A stretch of 37,999 nt of DNA from contig KZ538973.1 in the NCBI GenBank assembly GCA_000934665.2, forward strand, positions 1 to 37,999, read 5' to 3'. The notes under the pieces were generated by a model that saw only the letters and a program-made list of their open reading frames with translations, was not told where the DNA came from and did not search any database. The position numbers and the translations under genes are program-made. Source of the stretch: Catajapyx aquilonaris (taxonomy: Eukaryota). Positions 21,700-34,399 of this stretch are shown in pieces; positions within the stretch are counted from its first letter, which is position 1; the number at the start of each line of letters is the position of its first letter.

Positions 21700-23290
21700 T
21701 GAGAAGGACACAAGAGAGAATAGACGTTGGTGTCTTCATTACCGGAGAATCCCAGTTCAGGTTTCTCAACTTGGCACCTTCCAACAGGATTTTCTTTACG
21801 AGTAACCGCACTAAACCCTCTTAATGAACACAAGATCGATGGAGAAGGGCGCAAATCCAAGAAATTTCTTGCAGCTTTCAACCATCCCTGCTAATGACGG
21901 GGGTGCATTCTTTGAGATTATCCTGCTGATGGTGTCGCTATCGAGGTTAATCGAACGGAACAAAATATGCATCAAAAACACGGAAGTGTTATTAACGATC
22001 CCAGGTATTTCAGCCTCGCTTTTAGAGAGCTACATTAGACTGGACATGTACTGCTAAAAGCGATAGTTCGTTACAAAGCTGTTCCTGTGAATATCTGAAA
22101 ATAGCTCCGACCCTATCCGCCGGACTGCATATGCAAATCCTTTGTAAAGATTCTGACTCCGGGTACAAAGGAGGAAAAGAAGATGCTTCAGTGTGTTTAG
22201 TATAAAAGAGCATCGTTTATGGCGAATGCCCGTATGTTGAGGCTCAAGTATGGGTTTACAACCGAGCTGGCTGTCCATCACAAGTGTGCTCCAGGTCGGC
22301 CTCTACCTGTTTTGGGCCTGATGCTTGGCCTGATGATCCTCCAGAAACCACCTAACAGGCCAAGTTATCGAGCCGGTTGGTAACATAATCTGCATCGAAG
22401 CTCGATTCCAGCCCGGCCAGACCCCCCCTATATTGTACAATCACCCCCTCCCCAAAGCAGACCGTCTCGTATGGCGCTATCATATCTCGTTACACCCCCT
22501 TCCTACTCAACGCTAAGCCTCTCGCCTCATGCTGCTTCAGACAGGTCTGGTTTAGCCTGCAGAACTTGAGCCCAAGCGGCGGCCATCCTGAGAGGGGCCA
22601 ACTTTCGGACCGTTAAGCGCGGCCCAGATAGTATCAGCAATAAAGATGAGCTTTAATTGCTGCCGGTTTGCAGGAATACTAGTAAAGAAAATAGCAGTCT
22701 GAGAAATCAAGTGGTACAACGGTTTTGCGGGAACTAGTTGGGCTGGCATAATGTTTAGCGACAGCCATATCGGCGGATAATGTTTAGATAGTGGCTGCCT
22801 AGCTATCCAGTAAAAGCAATGTAATATGTGCAAGTCACATGCACGTTGGGTCATGTAACCGTATCCAATAGTCAGGCTGATCCGATTTAGTGTTGGTCGT
22901 CAAATGGCTATTAGTGGGGCTATATTTATAAGCCACCTATGTTTTATGGTTGTGGAGCGTACTCTCATTCGGGGCGGCCATGACGGCTAAGACATTGGGT
23001 GCCGCCTTCAACATTTTGCCGCTACGTTGCAGGAATGGAGCCTTTTCTGGCATGGACGGTTTGCGTGAACTGAATGTCATTCCTAACTGGAGGATAATGG
23101 AAACGTGCCCTCCTGGAAGTAGCGTTCCATGTCCGTAATACCGTGCCTTATGGAGCTTGTTATATGCGTACGAGGGTAGGCGGTAACATGAGCAACTGAG
23201 TTGTGGTGCAGGATACGGAAAGCTATGACTCAAGAAACTACTTTCCTCAGGCATACACCTTTCCTTTCTGCAGAGTCATACTGCTCATGC
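21700..23290 (-). pseudogene. Decayed DIRS-type retrotransposon pol (RT, RNase H, methyltransferase-like)
   Basis: RT: FLSHSFPYP...YNKLHKARYY..TL..HVSIILQLG...AAPNVLAVMAAP..STLH (ORF 22937-23254) and TQRACDL...NRQQLKLI...WAALNGP (ORF 22552-22854). RNase H: TLVMDSQLG...LNTLKHLLFLL...AVR...IHRN...EIPGIVNN (about 22290-21988; cf. TDASxxGWG, HINxLE, VRSDN, HIPGxxN). MT: FLGFAPFSI (21838-21864; cf. YAFPPFSL) and KKILLEGAKL. Domain order fits DIRS1. Confidence 0.65.
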
Positions 23291-24655
23291 ACAGATGATG
23301 GTTGCTTTTTGACTATTGGCAAGATAGCAGTGTATGATTCTCGTTCATACGTGCTGATATCCGGAAATTTGGTAGGCTCAACACGATTATGTTAAATCAA
23401 AAGGAACGTCAGTAAATGTCACTCAAAATTTGAACAATTTTTATTTTATCGCGACAATCGATTGCGAGCGTCCTACTTTTTTAAATTTCAATTCCTCTTT
23501 AATAATTTGTAGTCGAATTCTGAGCTCCAGCAATTTCCAAAGTAGATTACCACACATCGCCCATGTTACCAAAGTCATTTTCTGTGATGCATTTATTAAT
23601 TGAATCGGATGTGTGCGCTCAAGTTCCTGAACTAATTAATCGAACAGGATTATATATCAACTTAAAAAATTTACACTATCATCTGGGTAGATGCCCTGCA
23701 CTATCCACCAACCCATGCTCTCTCTCCTTTTCTGTGTGCATGCAGCAAGACCAGGTCCATCAGGAAGCCTTGATGTAGCCACCTATAAGCGGCATTATCC
23801 TTCTGGGCGATAAGCGATTCGATTTGGTGGTGCTCTCACACCTTTTCGTTCCTTCCACCCGTTCCCCCAAATGGAACGAAGAGCCGACATTTTTTCCTTC
23901 CTTTCTTCTCCCTCTCTATTCCTGAGGATAGGTCGCAGTCGGCACGGCTTCTTCCTCGCCATTCGGCCTGGCCCAGGTGCGAGTTGAGGTTAACAGCTTG
24001 GAGAAGGCGAAGTGCACGCTCCCTATACCCGCCGCCAGACGTGATTGATTAACTAATCAAGGACCCCTCCCTCCTAGGCCCGGTTTTCCCCAGGCCTCCC
24101 CCTTGAATTTATTGGGGAATGAGAGCCGCAGCGTGCGCTTGCCCGCAATTGTTTTTGCGCTGCACACACTCGCCCTAATCGGATAATGAGTAGGCCAATA
24201 CGGGGGAAAACAACAAATTTTCCTCAGCCTTCATTTCGTCTGATCTGGTCTTAAAAGGCTGATCAGTAGATCTGGAGGTGGAGGATGACGCCCTCTGTTA
24301 GTGATTTATTGCAGACTTGACTGGCTTGCATGGACTGGTCTGCGGGGGGTATAAATGAGGGGTTGGAAAAAATGGGGAGACGGACGATAATCTAGCCCGG
24401 TGTTAAGCTCTAGACGGCAGCAATGCATTTGGTCGAGAGAGAATCTCGTCAACATTGGTAAACCTCAATGTTGGAAATTATCCTACCCAAGCTTCGAACG
24501 CCCTAAGCCTGGTGGAGTTATTCACTGCACAGATGAATAATCTGGATTATGTGGGATTACAATTCATTACGTGCACACGTACGAACGGGAAACTCTGCAT
24601 TTCAATGCACTCCACTCATTAATCCTTCGCAGAAATGCCGTGATACGATACTATC

Positions 24656-24730
<75 letters not shown>

Positions 24731-24740
24731 TAATAATAAC
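24656..24740. repeat. (AAT)n microsatellite, about 28 units
   Basis: Seen directly; explains the poly-N, poly-I and poly-L ORFs. A short opposite-orientation (ATT)n lies at about 24774-24787. Confidence 0.97.
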
Positions 24741-24939
24741 GCAATCAGGCGTTGTTGGTAAATACACGCTCTGATTATTATTATTATCATCTTATATGTA
24801 TTATACCGGATTACATGTTTTGTGGGTACAGTACACCAGAAAGTGTGAGGAGCCATACGAGTATATGCCGCCCATTTTCTTTGGAAGATTAAGAATTAAT
24901 CATCACAGGAAATGACTGTTGGATGTACATCACAGCTCT

Positions 24940-25620
24940 CTTATGCATGGTTTATGCAGACTTGCCTGGAGAAATGTGGCAATACCAATGAAATTAGACG
25001 GCATGATTATTATTCCACGGTTATTAAAGAAACATGTCAGGTAGTCCGTTGAGCAGCGCAAGCTATTAAAATCCCTCTTCGTGCATGGCACGTTAATCAT
25101 GACAAAATGAAGGTTTTACTAAATACGTAGTTCTGGAAGGGAGTGGCTCATAACTGCGGGTTATTGGAAATTTTGCACGGAGAATTTTGCCCTGTGATGG
25201 GATCAAAGGTGAGAGATGGGCCCTCTTTACGGCATATTATTATATTACTGATAAGGTCAATTGGCGCTATTAATCACTTCTGCCACATGCTCACCCAAAC
25301 ACGAACTGCGGTATAAATAATGCGCATGTACACATGCGTATAAATCATCCAACTCTCGGTATCTCGAATTACTTGATTGACTGTAATAATGATACTGGTG
25401 AGGTCTACCCCAGCCAGCATTCAATTCACATGAAAATCCTCCATGTCAAAGAGCCGACTTTTATTGCTACACACAATAATTAATATTCACTTTGAGCCTT
25501 ACTCTGCAGGGTTTCCTACAATTCATGTAGATTTACAAAAGCAGGAAAATTAAACTTGGAAGGGTTTCACCACTTGCTGATTAATGCTATCCAGTTACAG
25601 CAGAAGTCCAACAAGTTCCT
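24940..25620 (+). pseudogene. Decayed LINE reverse transcriptase (RTE-like)
   Basis: LCRLAWRNVAIPMKLDGMIIIPRLLKK (cf. LxxxIWxxGxIPxxWxxxxIIPIxKKG); CTENFAL...PLYGILLYY (cf. DQIFxL...PLYxxFxDY); LGISNYLID; TIINIHFE (cf. LFNIxxE); LAD* at 25573-25584 (cf. FADD). Correct order. Confidence 0.55.
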
Positions 25621-25956
25621 TCCATTCTTTCCAGCAAAAAACGGAGGTAAAAACATCCCCGGGCAGACCTGGACCGCTTATTCTTTTGATATATAAAGTG
25701 TCACATATGTCCCATTCTAGCGCGGACATCGAGAGGACTAGAAAGTAGATGAAGATACAGTAGGGTTGCGAACCTTCGCTCGATAAGCAACTGGTCTCAC
25801 TTTATACGGAAGTCAAACTGCGGATATTCGGATACAGGAAAATTTTGAGGATGATTTACGTTTTTAAAAATACATGAAAAATGATCCTTTGATATAAGAC
25901 TTTCCCATAGTTCGTATAAATTGGAACTTCATTTCAGTAGATCTACCTCTAAATGT

Positions 25957-25980
25957 TTTATTTATTTATTTATTTATTTA
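25957..25980. repeat. (TTTA)n microsatellite
   Basis: About 6 units seen directly. Confidence 0.9.
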
Positions 25981-27552
25981 TAGTTTACCACCTTTTTTTA
26001 AAAAAAAATTATTTGTTTTATACCTATAAATATGCTACCATAAACAATTTCTGACCATGGTTTACTTGCAGGTATTTTTATATTTTCACACGACTACCTT
26101 GAGCAGAATCCATGCATGACCGCATAGACAGGAGCTTCCTTCTGTTGGGCCCGCAATTTTTCAATGCAACACGAAGAGCTCAAGGTATAAAAAGATTACT
26201 TCAGTTTTTTAACATTTCATCCCAAAAGCGGGGGAGAAATACGGGTCAATTTACACTACCATTAAAAGTTTGGGAGGCAAATTAAGGTACAGACATTTTC
26301 CCGAGAAGCAGAGGATTTTGAAAGTAATGATTTAAAAGTCCCAAGTTTAGCATCTTTTTGTTCGAGTAAATGCGAAGAGCACGTTATCAGTAGAGAAGCT
26401 TTCTAAGTGAATAGCCTGCAGTTTCCTTTGTAATGAAGAGTGCTGGAAGAAGGGGAAAAAAAGGAAGGCAGAAAAAAAGCATGAGGGGAGAAAAAAAAGT
26501 GAAAGAAAAGAAAGTGAGGGAAACAGTCGACTTGTCCTGCATCTGCACAGGGTGTCCGATCTCTAATGGAACGGGTGATCCCAAAAACTGAGGGGGGAAA
26601 GGAGACCACCAAGTGGAAATTTCCATTTGGAGATGTATGCATAATGGAGTTTCTACCCCCACCACAAAATGGACCGCAAGGGAGGTTTCAATTTTAAGGT
26701 TGAAGACACGCATCTGATACCAATACATTGTGCACCCTTGTGTAGCACGACTACCTGCAGTTTACAACACTCGGCACGGTGACAACTCAAGCTTCACAGG
26801 GTCATGAACTCTTTAAAAGGAAGCTGGAGTTGGTGAACTGCAAGTGACGTTGTATATTGGACCGCACAGCTGCTTCGTGGCTCAGTTGATGGAAAAAGAG
26901 GCGTTTTGCGTCGTCTCCTCCAGCTCTGTATACCCTCCTCAAGCCCAGCAAGAAACGACAACGAGCCAACGCCACCAACACTCCACATAACGAGTTGCAA
27001 GCTTCTTTAGAGGGGGGGGGGGGTATATGAAAAATGTGGGGGATAAAAAATATGTGGCTTGTGCTGTTAGATATGTGCAGGTTCCAAAAATGATCCATCC
27101 TTACAAAACGATACCCAACTGTCAAAATTCTATATTGCGAAGTACTTCCTGGCGGAAAAGGAGGCACAATGTACACACTTACAGTTTGCTCTGGAGGGAA
27201 GTAAGGGGGGTGGAGGAGCTAGGGAGGGAGTCTAACACAAACTCCTTCCATTTCCGATTCTGCCAGGGATTGCAACCAAAATTCTGGTGAAAGCGAACAG
27301 GGCTATATCAAAACGTGATGCATTACACACCGGATGTTCTTTAAGTTATCCTATAGTGCACAACTGCTTTTCATAATGAAAAGGTTTTCGGTCTTGAATG
27401 CCATATTGGAAAATGATAATGGCGCATAAAATTGATACCTACATCCTGTGGTTATATTTGATGGCACTTTAAGATGCAGCAGTTAGCAGTAGCCTACCTG
27501 AACAGTTTGATTCAAACCTATAGAAAATCAGGAAATTAAATAAGAAAATATA

Positions 27553-28007
27553 CACTGTAATTCATGTACCGATTCTGATTTTGTGATCAATAAAATACCG
27601 CCTGCAGTACTGATGTACTGTCTTGAAATTGGTACATCACGATGTACAGTCGGGTTCAATTAGTTCTGGCCACTTTATCCTGGTCTTGGAGAAACCCTTC
27701 GCACAGGCCCCACGGTGTTCTTGTCTTCAATAAGCTGTGGGACAGGAAGTATGTGTTTTTACTGTAACTGTGGGGACTAAAAAAGTTGAGTTTTCACCGT
27801 CCCCATACTCCCATAGCTTATTGAGCGCAAGTCTGTGTGGGGAGGTGTGTGTGTGTGTGTGTGAAGGGTTGCTTCAAGACCAGGATAAAGTGGCCGGAAC
27901 TAATTGAACCCGACTGTACCGACTTGGACGCCAAATACCGTCTACAAGTCAGTAGGCCTACTTGTAGGCGGTAAGTCGGTACACGAATCGGTACATGATT
28001 TACAGTG
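27553..28007. mobile_element. MITE with CACTG termini and TA TSD, long internal inverted repeats
   Basis: TA|CACTGTAATTCATGTACCGATTC...GAATCGGTACATGATTTACAGTG|TA (23 bp, 1 mismatch). Internal IR 27644-27688 vs 27875-27919 (45 bp, 1 mismatch). (GT)n at about 27845-27863. Confidence 0.9.
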
Positions 28008-28032
28008 TAGCCTATAGTCAGATTATATCCAT

Positions 28033-28055
28033 NNNNNNNNNNNNNNNNNNNNNNN
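28033..28055. other. Assembly gap (23 N) next to poly-C
   Basis: N run; a single N also at 7901 next to poly-G. Confidence 1.
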
Positions 28056-29239
28056 CCCCCCCCCCCCCATTTTTCGCCATACATGACTCTAAACTATATA
28101 AGACCCGCAACAATTCATCATGCCTACGGAAATGGTCCCGACATTACCGTGTCTATGACCCAACTTGATAATTACACTGCAGAACTCAGAGTACCGCCCC
28201 CCTCAAAAAATAATAACTCCCTTTGTAAAACAAGCAGAAAATAATTTCCTCTGCACGGAAAAGAGAGAGACAGCAATTCAGAAGCATAAAGCTATCGTGC
28301 TAGTAGGGAATTTCTTCTCCTTTTCCGTCTCCTGCACCTTAGCGGACTGACTTTTCTGCGACTGAGATGGTGGATTTTCTTCCCCCCGCGGTTCCATTTC
28401 CTGCCGCACGGATGACGGATCGCCTCGAAACTTCCAGATTGTGTAAAGGGATCCGCAATCCTTCATCTCATTATGAAAGAATATTAATGGGAGTGGCAGG
28501 GGGGAAAAAAAGAGAGCGGGACTGGTGCAAAAGCTTTTAGGGGGCAGGGCATCGGCTTGTGGGGGGTCCCTAGGAGTTAGAGAACTAGAGGGAGAGAGGG
28601 TGGGGTTTTTCTTTATATGGAAAGAAGAAGAAGAAGAAAAAAAACTGGGGTTGTAAGGAGGTGTGGTAGAAGTAGCGCCAGATTGCTCGTGCCAAATAAA
28701 TGAAACAGACCATTTTACCTTTTCTCTCCGATTAACTTTCACAAGGTGGGGAATTTTGCTTCGGAGTAAGGGAGTTCGTTTTTTTGTCACTTCGCTTAAC
28801 CCCAAAAGGAAGGTGAGATTATTGGAGAGACTAAAATTTTAATATGGCGGGGTTCTGCAGCTCCCATTTATAGGACACGTGCAATATTAATAATACCACT
28901 TTCAACATTTGTTCAAGTTAAATGACCTTTCTGAATTATGAGGTGCTCTAGAGTATTCTAACTTTTAACTCGGTAGCTGACTGCCTGACTCTGATTTGGA
29001 TATGCATTTCATATTATCGTTGGGGATCCTAATGCTAATATATTCGCAATGTAAGATTCTGATTATAGGGATGTACATTAATGGGGGGGAATGTACACCC
29101 GCAAGCAGCGCTATATGTGGGCGCTAATGTAAGTTGATTCATGCACCCGAGCCTCATTTAGCGCTGCTTGCGGGGGTAAATTTTTCCAGGAGAGTATACT
29201 GTGGAATATCTATGAAAGGGCTAGGAGTAGCTATAAAAC

Positions 29240-29520
29240 AGCTCGTCATCCATGATATGTCCCACTGCCCTCTTCCGATGCCACCACTACCGGGTGTCCA
29301 TCCCAGTTCACTTCCGATTGTCTCTCTGATCATAGGAGTCTTCACTCTGGTCCTGCACGCTGCACCTGAACCATCCATCAGAGAACACTCCAGCAGTACA
29401 TTGCGGGCCACGGGCATCATTGTTCGGAAACCCAGTACATCGAAACGGATGCAGTCTTTGTGCAATTGTTATCAATCGTGTAGTGAGCATGTAGCAGTCC
29501 GCGCCAGATAAATAAAGTGG
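29240..29520 (-). pseudogene. Possible decayed non-LTR RNase H fragment
   Basis: QRLHPFRCTGF (cf. RLxxxCSVFxAE), VFSDG (cf. IFSDS), ELGWTPGSGGIGRGQWD (cf. LxWxPxHxGIxGNExAD) across two frames. Weak. Confidence 0.35.
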
Positions 29521-32500
29521 ACAGTGCATTTGGAAGAGCCGGTGGGAATCGGATTAAGGGATTCATGAAGCATTGTCCTGTCTTGCAGTCGCTGGCATTC
29601 CGCTCCTGTTATCCCCCTGCACTACCCCTAACCACCCACCGGCAACGTCTTCAGGGAACTTGTGTAATTAAAGAGAAAGAGCCACAAAGGGACCTTCCTT
29701 CTGGCCGCCGCTTCATTTTCAGTGGCAGTTAGCGGAAGAGGATCCAGGCCCAGGAACAAAGGGAGGATTACAAGTGGAAAGAAACAGAAGATCAAAGAAG
29801 AGAGGATGGGGAGGTGATCATCATGAGAAAGGAGAAGGAACACTGAAAGAAATAGGCCGGTGTTTGTGTGCGTGCCACCACCTAAACAATGACCGCTAAT
29901 TTCTGCTCAGATCGATTCAGGATCGGATTTGCCACTAAAACGGAACCAATGAGCTTGTTCGAAGGTATTATTAATATAGTTTTAATTCAGCAAAGTGCTT
30001 ATACACCACATGAACATCCCAGGCCAATTCCAGAAATAAATCAAAATTGGAGGATTGTCTTATTTTGACATTACTCCTACATTACTAGCATTACGTCAGT
30101 TTTGAGGGCCTGTGAGTCAGTTAGTTTACATTTGTGCAAATATAATAATTGTTAACATTTTGAAATAATATTTGAAAATGTCATGGGAAAGTAGATTTAC
30201 ATGATGGTTTAGACTCTGTTTTGCATGAGGGTGAATCGGCGCCTCATCAGTGCACAGAGCTCTGTGGGTTGACACGCCAACAAAACAATACTAGACATAT
30301 TAAGTAAAGTAACTGTGCGTAAATGCAAAGTAGGCTATCGTGCTAGAAATAGGCATGCTTAGTGACTTGTCAAACCCAATCTCGTATAACATTCACGCAC
30401 ATTATTAAAAAAAACAGCTTATATAAACCTCGCCATTATTATCTAAACAATACGAACACAGTATACTTCCCCCACCGAGGCGGAACTGATTTCCAGGTGC
30501 ATAAACATATTTAATATTCACACACCCCCAGCTCATGGGCATAGAAAAGTTCAATAAACAGCAACAATCTATTCCGCCAACAACCCTCTATGTTTAACAT
30601 TTATATTTGATTCTCTTGTTCACTAACAAAATGCCTTACCAAGGCAACGTGTAAATTTAATATAAGAGTACCGTCCGCACAATCACAGACCTGCCATTCT
30701 ACGTAACCAAGTGACACCAGATATCCCAAACCTCTTGTGCACTCGACTCTCTCAGTACTGAATCAGTAAATATTTATGGTCCCCTGGCGGTGTTTCTAAT
30801 TGCCAAGGCGAAGTCTAAACGAAAAGCCAACAGACGTTATTGAATGTTTCACGCTCGGTAGCATCAGAACCTGCTAGTAAATAATACATAAAAAAGGGAA
30901 ATTAGGTTGGAAAATATCTAGAATCGTGATTACTGCTCGGAATAAGTCAAGGTATTGCATACTTAGTATACCTGGTCTAAAGTTTGATGACTGAACCACC
31001 TGTAATTTCCTTTCGTCTTTTGAGAGCCTGGGATGAGGAGTCCTCACGCTCTTCATCGCCCGTTTCATCATCAAGAGACTGCAATCTCATTTCTTACGGC
31101 CTTTGTGACAAGGCCGAAAAAAGTTTTGCGTCTTCAGAAACTGCAGCGAAAGGAGCGAGTTCTGAAGTTTCTCGGATGAAATTTGTATAGTAAACAAACG
31201 GAACTTGCGTAGTCCCACTTTTAATTACACCGTGATATCAGTTCCTGCCGTTGCAAACTTATTATCTCGCGAATGAATATTCGACATCGGATGGGGTTTG
31301 TTGCCACGAATCCTGATCCCATAAGAACAACTTCGTGAGTCGCAATAATTTGCTTGGCAGAATCATGCAACTTGAGAAATGAGAACGACCAGTCGTTAAA
31401 GCAGCAATGTCGATCGTCGATCACTTCAAACCTCAAGTGACGGGTCAAGTAGCGGCTAAGCTATTCATTAGTCAATCTGGATCATGTTACATGGATCACC
31501 TCGTCGAGAGGACTTCGAGGGTATCGCCTTTAGGTTTGTGATTAGTGGGGTCAAGACCACATGTGGTTAGTTTAAGTATGAAAATGCCACTGGATGATAA
31601 CCCCTAGGAAATGGACTCGAGTCTCACAACGTGCCTAAAAATAGAAAAAAGTACACACGTCAAGGTGCGTCAACTTCCAGCGAACTATCCTGCAAGCGAA
31701 TGACCGACACTTGTCACATAAAATGACACGCAAGCTGTCGTTTCACCTTGAATTACGCCGGTGTCAATTTTCCTGGAAGCAGGGTAGAAACCTGTAACCC
31801 GAGACCAGGGTGATCCATCTGCGGTGTTACGCCACGCACGCATTTCACGAGTACCTTGTAACCTAAAGGATTGCATTTTGCGCGGATCAGTGCGACAAGA
31901 ATTTGTCAACCTGAGTTGATACTTGACAACACACGTTACAACTCCCTGAATCTAGATCAATAAACTGCATCATATCTTCTTAAAATGTGGCACCCCCCAG
32001 GTCTAGTAATCATTCGCTATCCAGTAGATCCATAAAAAAGACAAAAGTCTCCCCCCCAAAAAATAGTTTTATAGATTGGCAATCCTGCAGAGAAGAATTC
32101 AGCTTGGGTTCCGCCTTCTTCTCTATTTCAAAATCAATTTTAATTAATATTCCAGAAGGGAATGGCACTTCCCCAAATCGCCCGAGACAGAGCACTGATT
32201 AAAATGTGAGTTCAATCGGGGGCAAAGTGCAAAGAATGGGGAACTTGAAAGAGGAGGAGAGAAAATGGGCCGAAGGAGAACACAAAGTCGGACGTCAAGC
32301 TGTCGGATTATTCCACGGCTCCTTATCGAAGATCCTCAGATGTTTGGGGAGGAGGCTGGGTGGGATAGGGGGAAAGAGGGGGGTTGATGGAGGACAACAG
32401 CTTTGTGGAGCAACAGCTTTTTCAAAGCCAGTGGAGGCAAGCGGAACGCTTCCCTTGTCACCTGCAATCTGTCGCTTGGGCCTTCTTCCGCTTGCCAAAG

Positions 32501-33429
32501 ATTACCAGAGTCGATCTACGAAAGCAGGCCCACCGATAATTTTCAGATCCAATTTCACCGACGAAGGAATGTCCCTTTAAAACTTCGGTTCTTAAACAAG
32601 CCCAGATTCCTCATTGTTAATTACAAGCCCATTTTATGACACCTTGTACAGGAAGTTGTCAATGTCAATGAAGTATCATAGGTGCAAAAATGGCGGCTAC
32701 TGGGCAACGGACATGCGAATTGCATGCCTCCGCTCAGGGGGTCATTTAACCCCGGTCGATATAGGCTACTTTTTATGTGCTGTACTCCTCGGGGGGACGT
32801 CAGATTAAAAACTTATGAAGGATTTATGCACCCCCTCATGACCCTTAATATGCGACTCTTTTCGATCTTCCGTCGCATGATTGCAGTACGTCCGAAGTTA
32901 TAAAAATGGCAGGCTTTGCACCAGTTTTTTATATTTAAAAATAGCCAATTTCCAAATGTCTACTTGACCATTTTGGGCTGACGTGGCCTCTAGTATGCTG
33001 ATAGTGCATATATCCGACATGCTTTCAGATTTCATACCCCCCTGAACCCCTCCGTTTTCCTTGCGCACGGGTTATCTCACAAGCATGTAGGGAGCGAAAC
33101 ATGTGACAAATTGAATCGGATGACTCACGATGTAATCGCCATCCGTGAGTGTACACACTGACCGAAACGAGAAAATAGCCATCGTCCGAATTAACTACGG
33201 TTCTGTAAACAAACACAAAAAAAATTGCGTTTTCTTGGGATAGGGGGAGCTCCCACCCTATGAGCTCAGTCGTCCATTAATAACTCCACCGCGAACGCAT
33301 TTCCGGACAGATATGAAGTAAGTCGCTTGTTTCGTGGCCCCCACAACGATGAAAAATGACGAAGAATCTATTAACAGAGTAAAATATTGATTTTGAAGGA
33401 GGGGAAAGAGGTGGGGGAAGGGAAAGAAA

Positions 33430-34035
33430 ACTTGACATTGACAGTTCCTTTTCTCAATAAAATTCTCATTTCCTTCACCAATAATAAAGAGGGTGGAGGG
33501 TGGGGACATACATACACACAAAAAAAAGAACCGCGTGACAGATGTTATGGTGCCGCTTGACACAAAAGATCGGAAGAATTTCATTTGCAGCCGTTCAATT
33601 GAAGCTGTTTATGTACTACCCAAACATTTGGGCTGACAGTGTGGTAATAATAACCCCACCCGCGCATGTCACACTGACAGCCACGGAAATTACTCTAATT
33701 GTCTGTGGCCGCAGTGAAAAATTTACCGCGACAATAATTTATTTCGAGATAAATAACAACACTAGCGGAAAATGATTCTGCTGTAAATCCGGCCGGGCCA
33801 TTTGCTGGGAACACCTCACAATGGACCGGCTCAGATCGCAAGTCGATTCGGCTTGAATTGCTCTGAAAGATCGGATGTGACGTGACGAAAATGAGAGAAT
33901 CTGATCTAATTTGCGACATCAAACCGTAAGCTATAACCTAGAGTAGCCGAGGGAGAATGTGGGTGGCGGGTGCGGGATAGGAAGGCGATTTAAAAATTGG
34001 GACTGTTTCCAGTGATTTATGAGCTTTATAATGAG
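33430..34035. promoter_or_regulatory. Candidate TALE/Hox-type cis-regulatory module
   Basis: TGACAG at 33439, 33536, 33634 and 33675 (same strand); TGATTTATGA at 34013. No TE remnant recognised here. Function inferred only. Confidence 0.35.
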
Positions 34036-34399
34036 GAAGGAGTTCCTGGAACGTTGATTCAGCATTCAGGATCCTCCGTTTTTTTATAATGCAAGGTGTT
34101 ACTCTTGTGGACTCTATCTTTCAGTTGACATGCAATTACGTAGAAAGGGAGGAAAAGAAGTGAAAAAGAGTTGAGCAGTCAGAATGCGTGGGGAAAATAT
34201 CCTAACCGTAAATGATTTTGTAGGGTCAGCAAAAATGTCGACAATCATGTTACAGACGCTATTGATAGAGGCTGAGTTGCGGTAAACAATCTAGTTAAAA
34301 ACATCCAAGGAACCTCTACCACCAGCTGTGTATTGCCAAAAATATATCCAAAATTTTGGATCCAGGTTATGGTATCGCATCACCTTGAGCTGAATGGGC

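Noticed and set aside
22552..22854. Apparent tyrosine-recombinase box (TQRACDLHIL)
   Set aside because: Lies between the RT core and RNase H, so it is better read as the DIRS RT C-terminal/connection region.
24549..24856. Poly-Asn/Ile/Leu ORFs
   Set aside because: Artefacts of the (AAT)n microsatellite.
26780..26920. RTE-like C-terminal motif (LLRGSVDGKRG)
   Set aside because: Single short motif; insufficient.
30232..30252. Hammerhead-like CTGATGAGGCGCCGA on the minus strand
   Set aside because: Lacks the GAAA core and a stem II loop.
34317..34331. 15-nt match to miR-317 as recalled (ACACAGCTGGTGGTA, minus strand)
   Set aside because: 5' seed end differs and there is no complementary arm.
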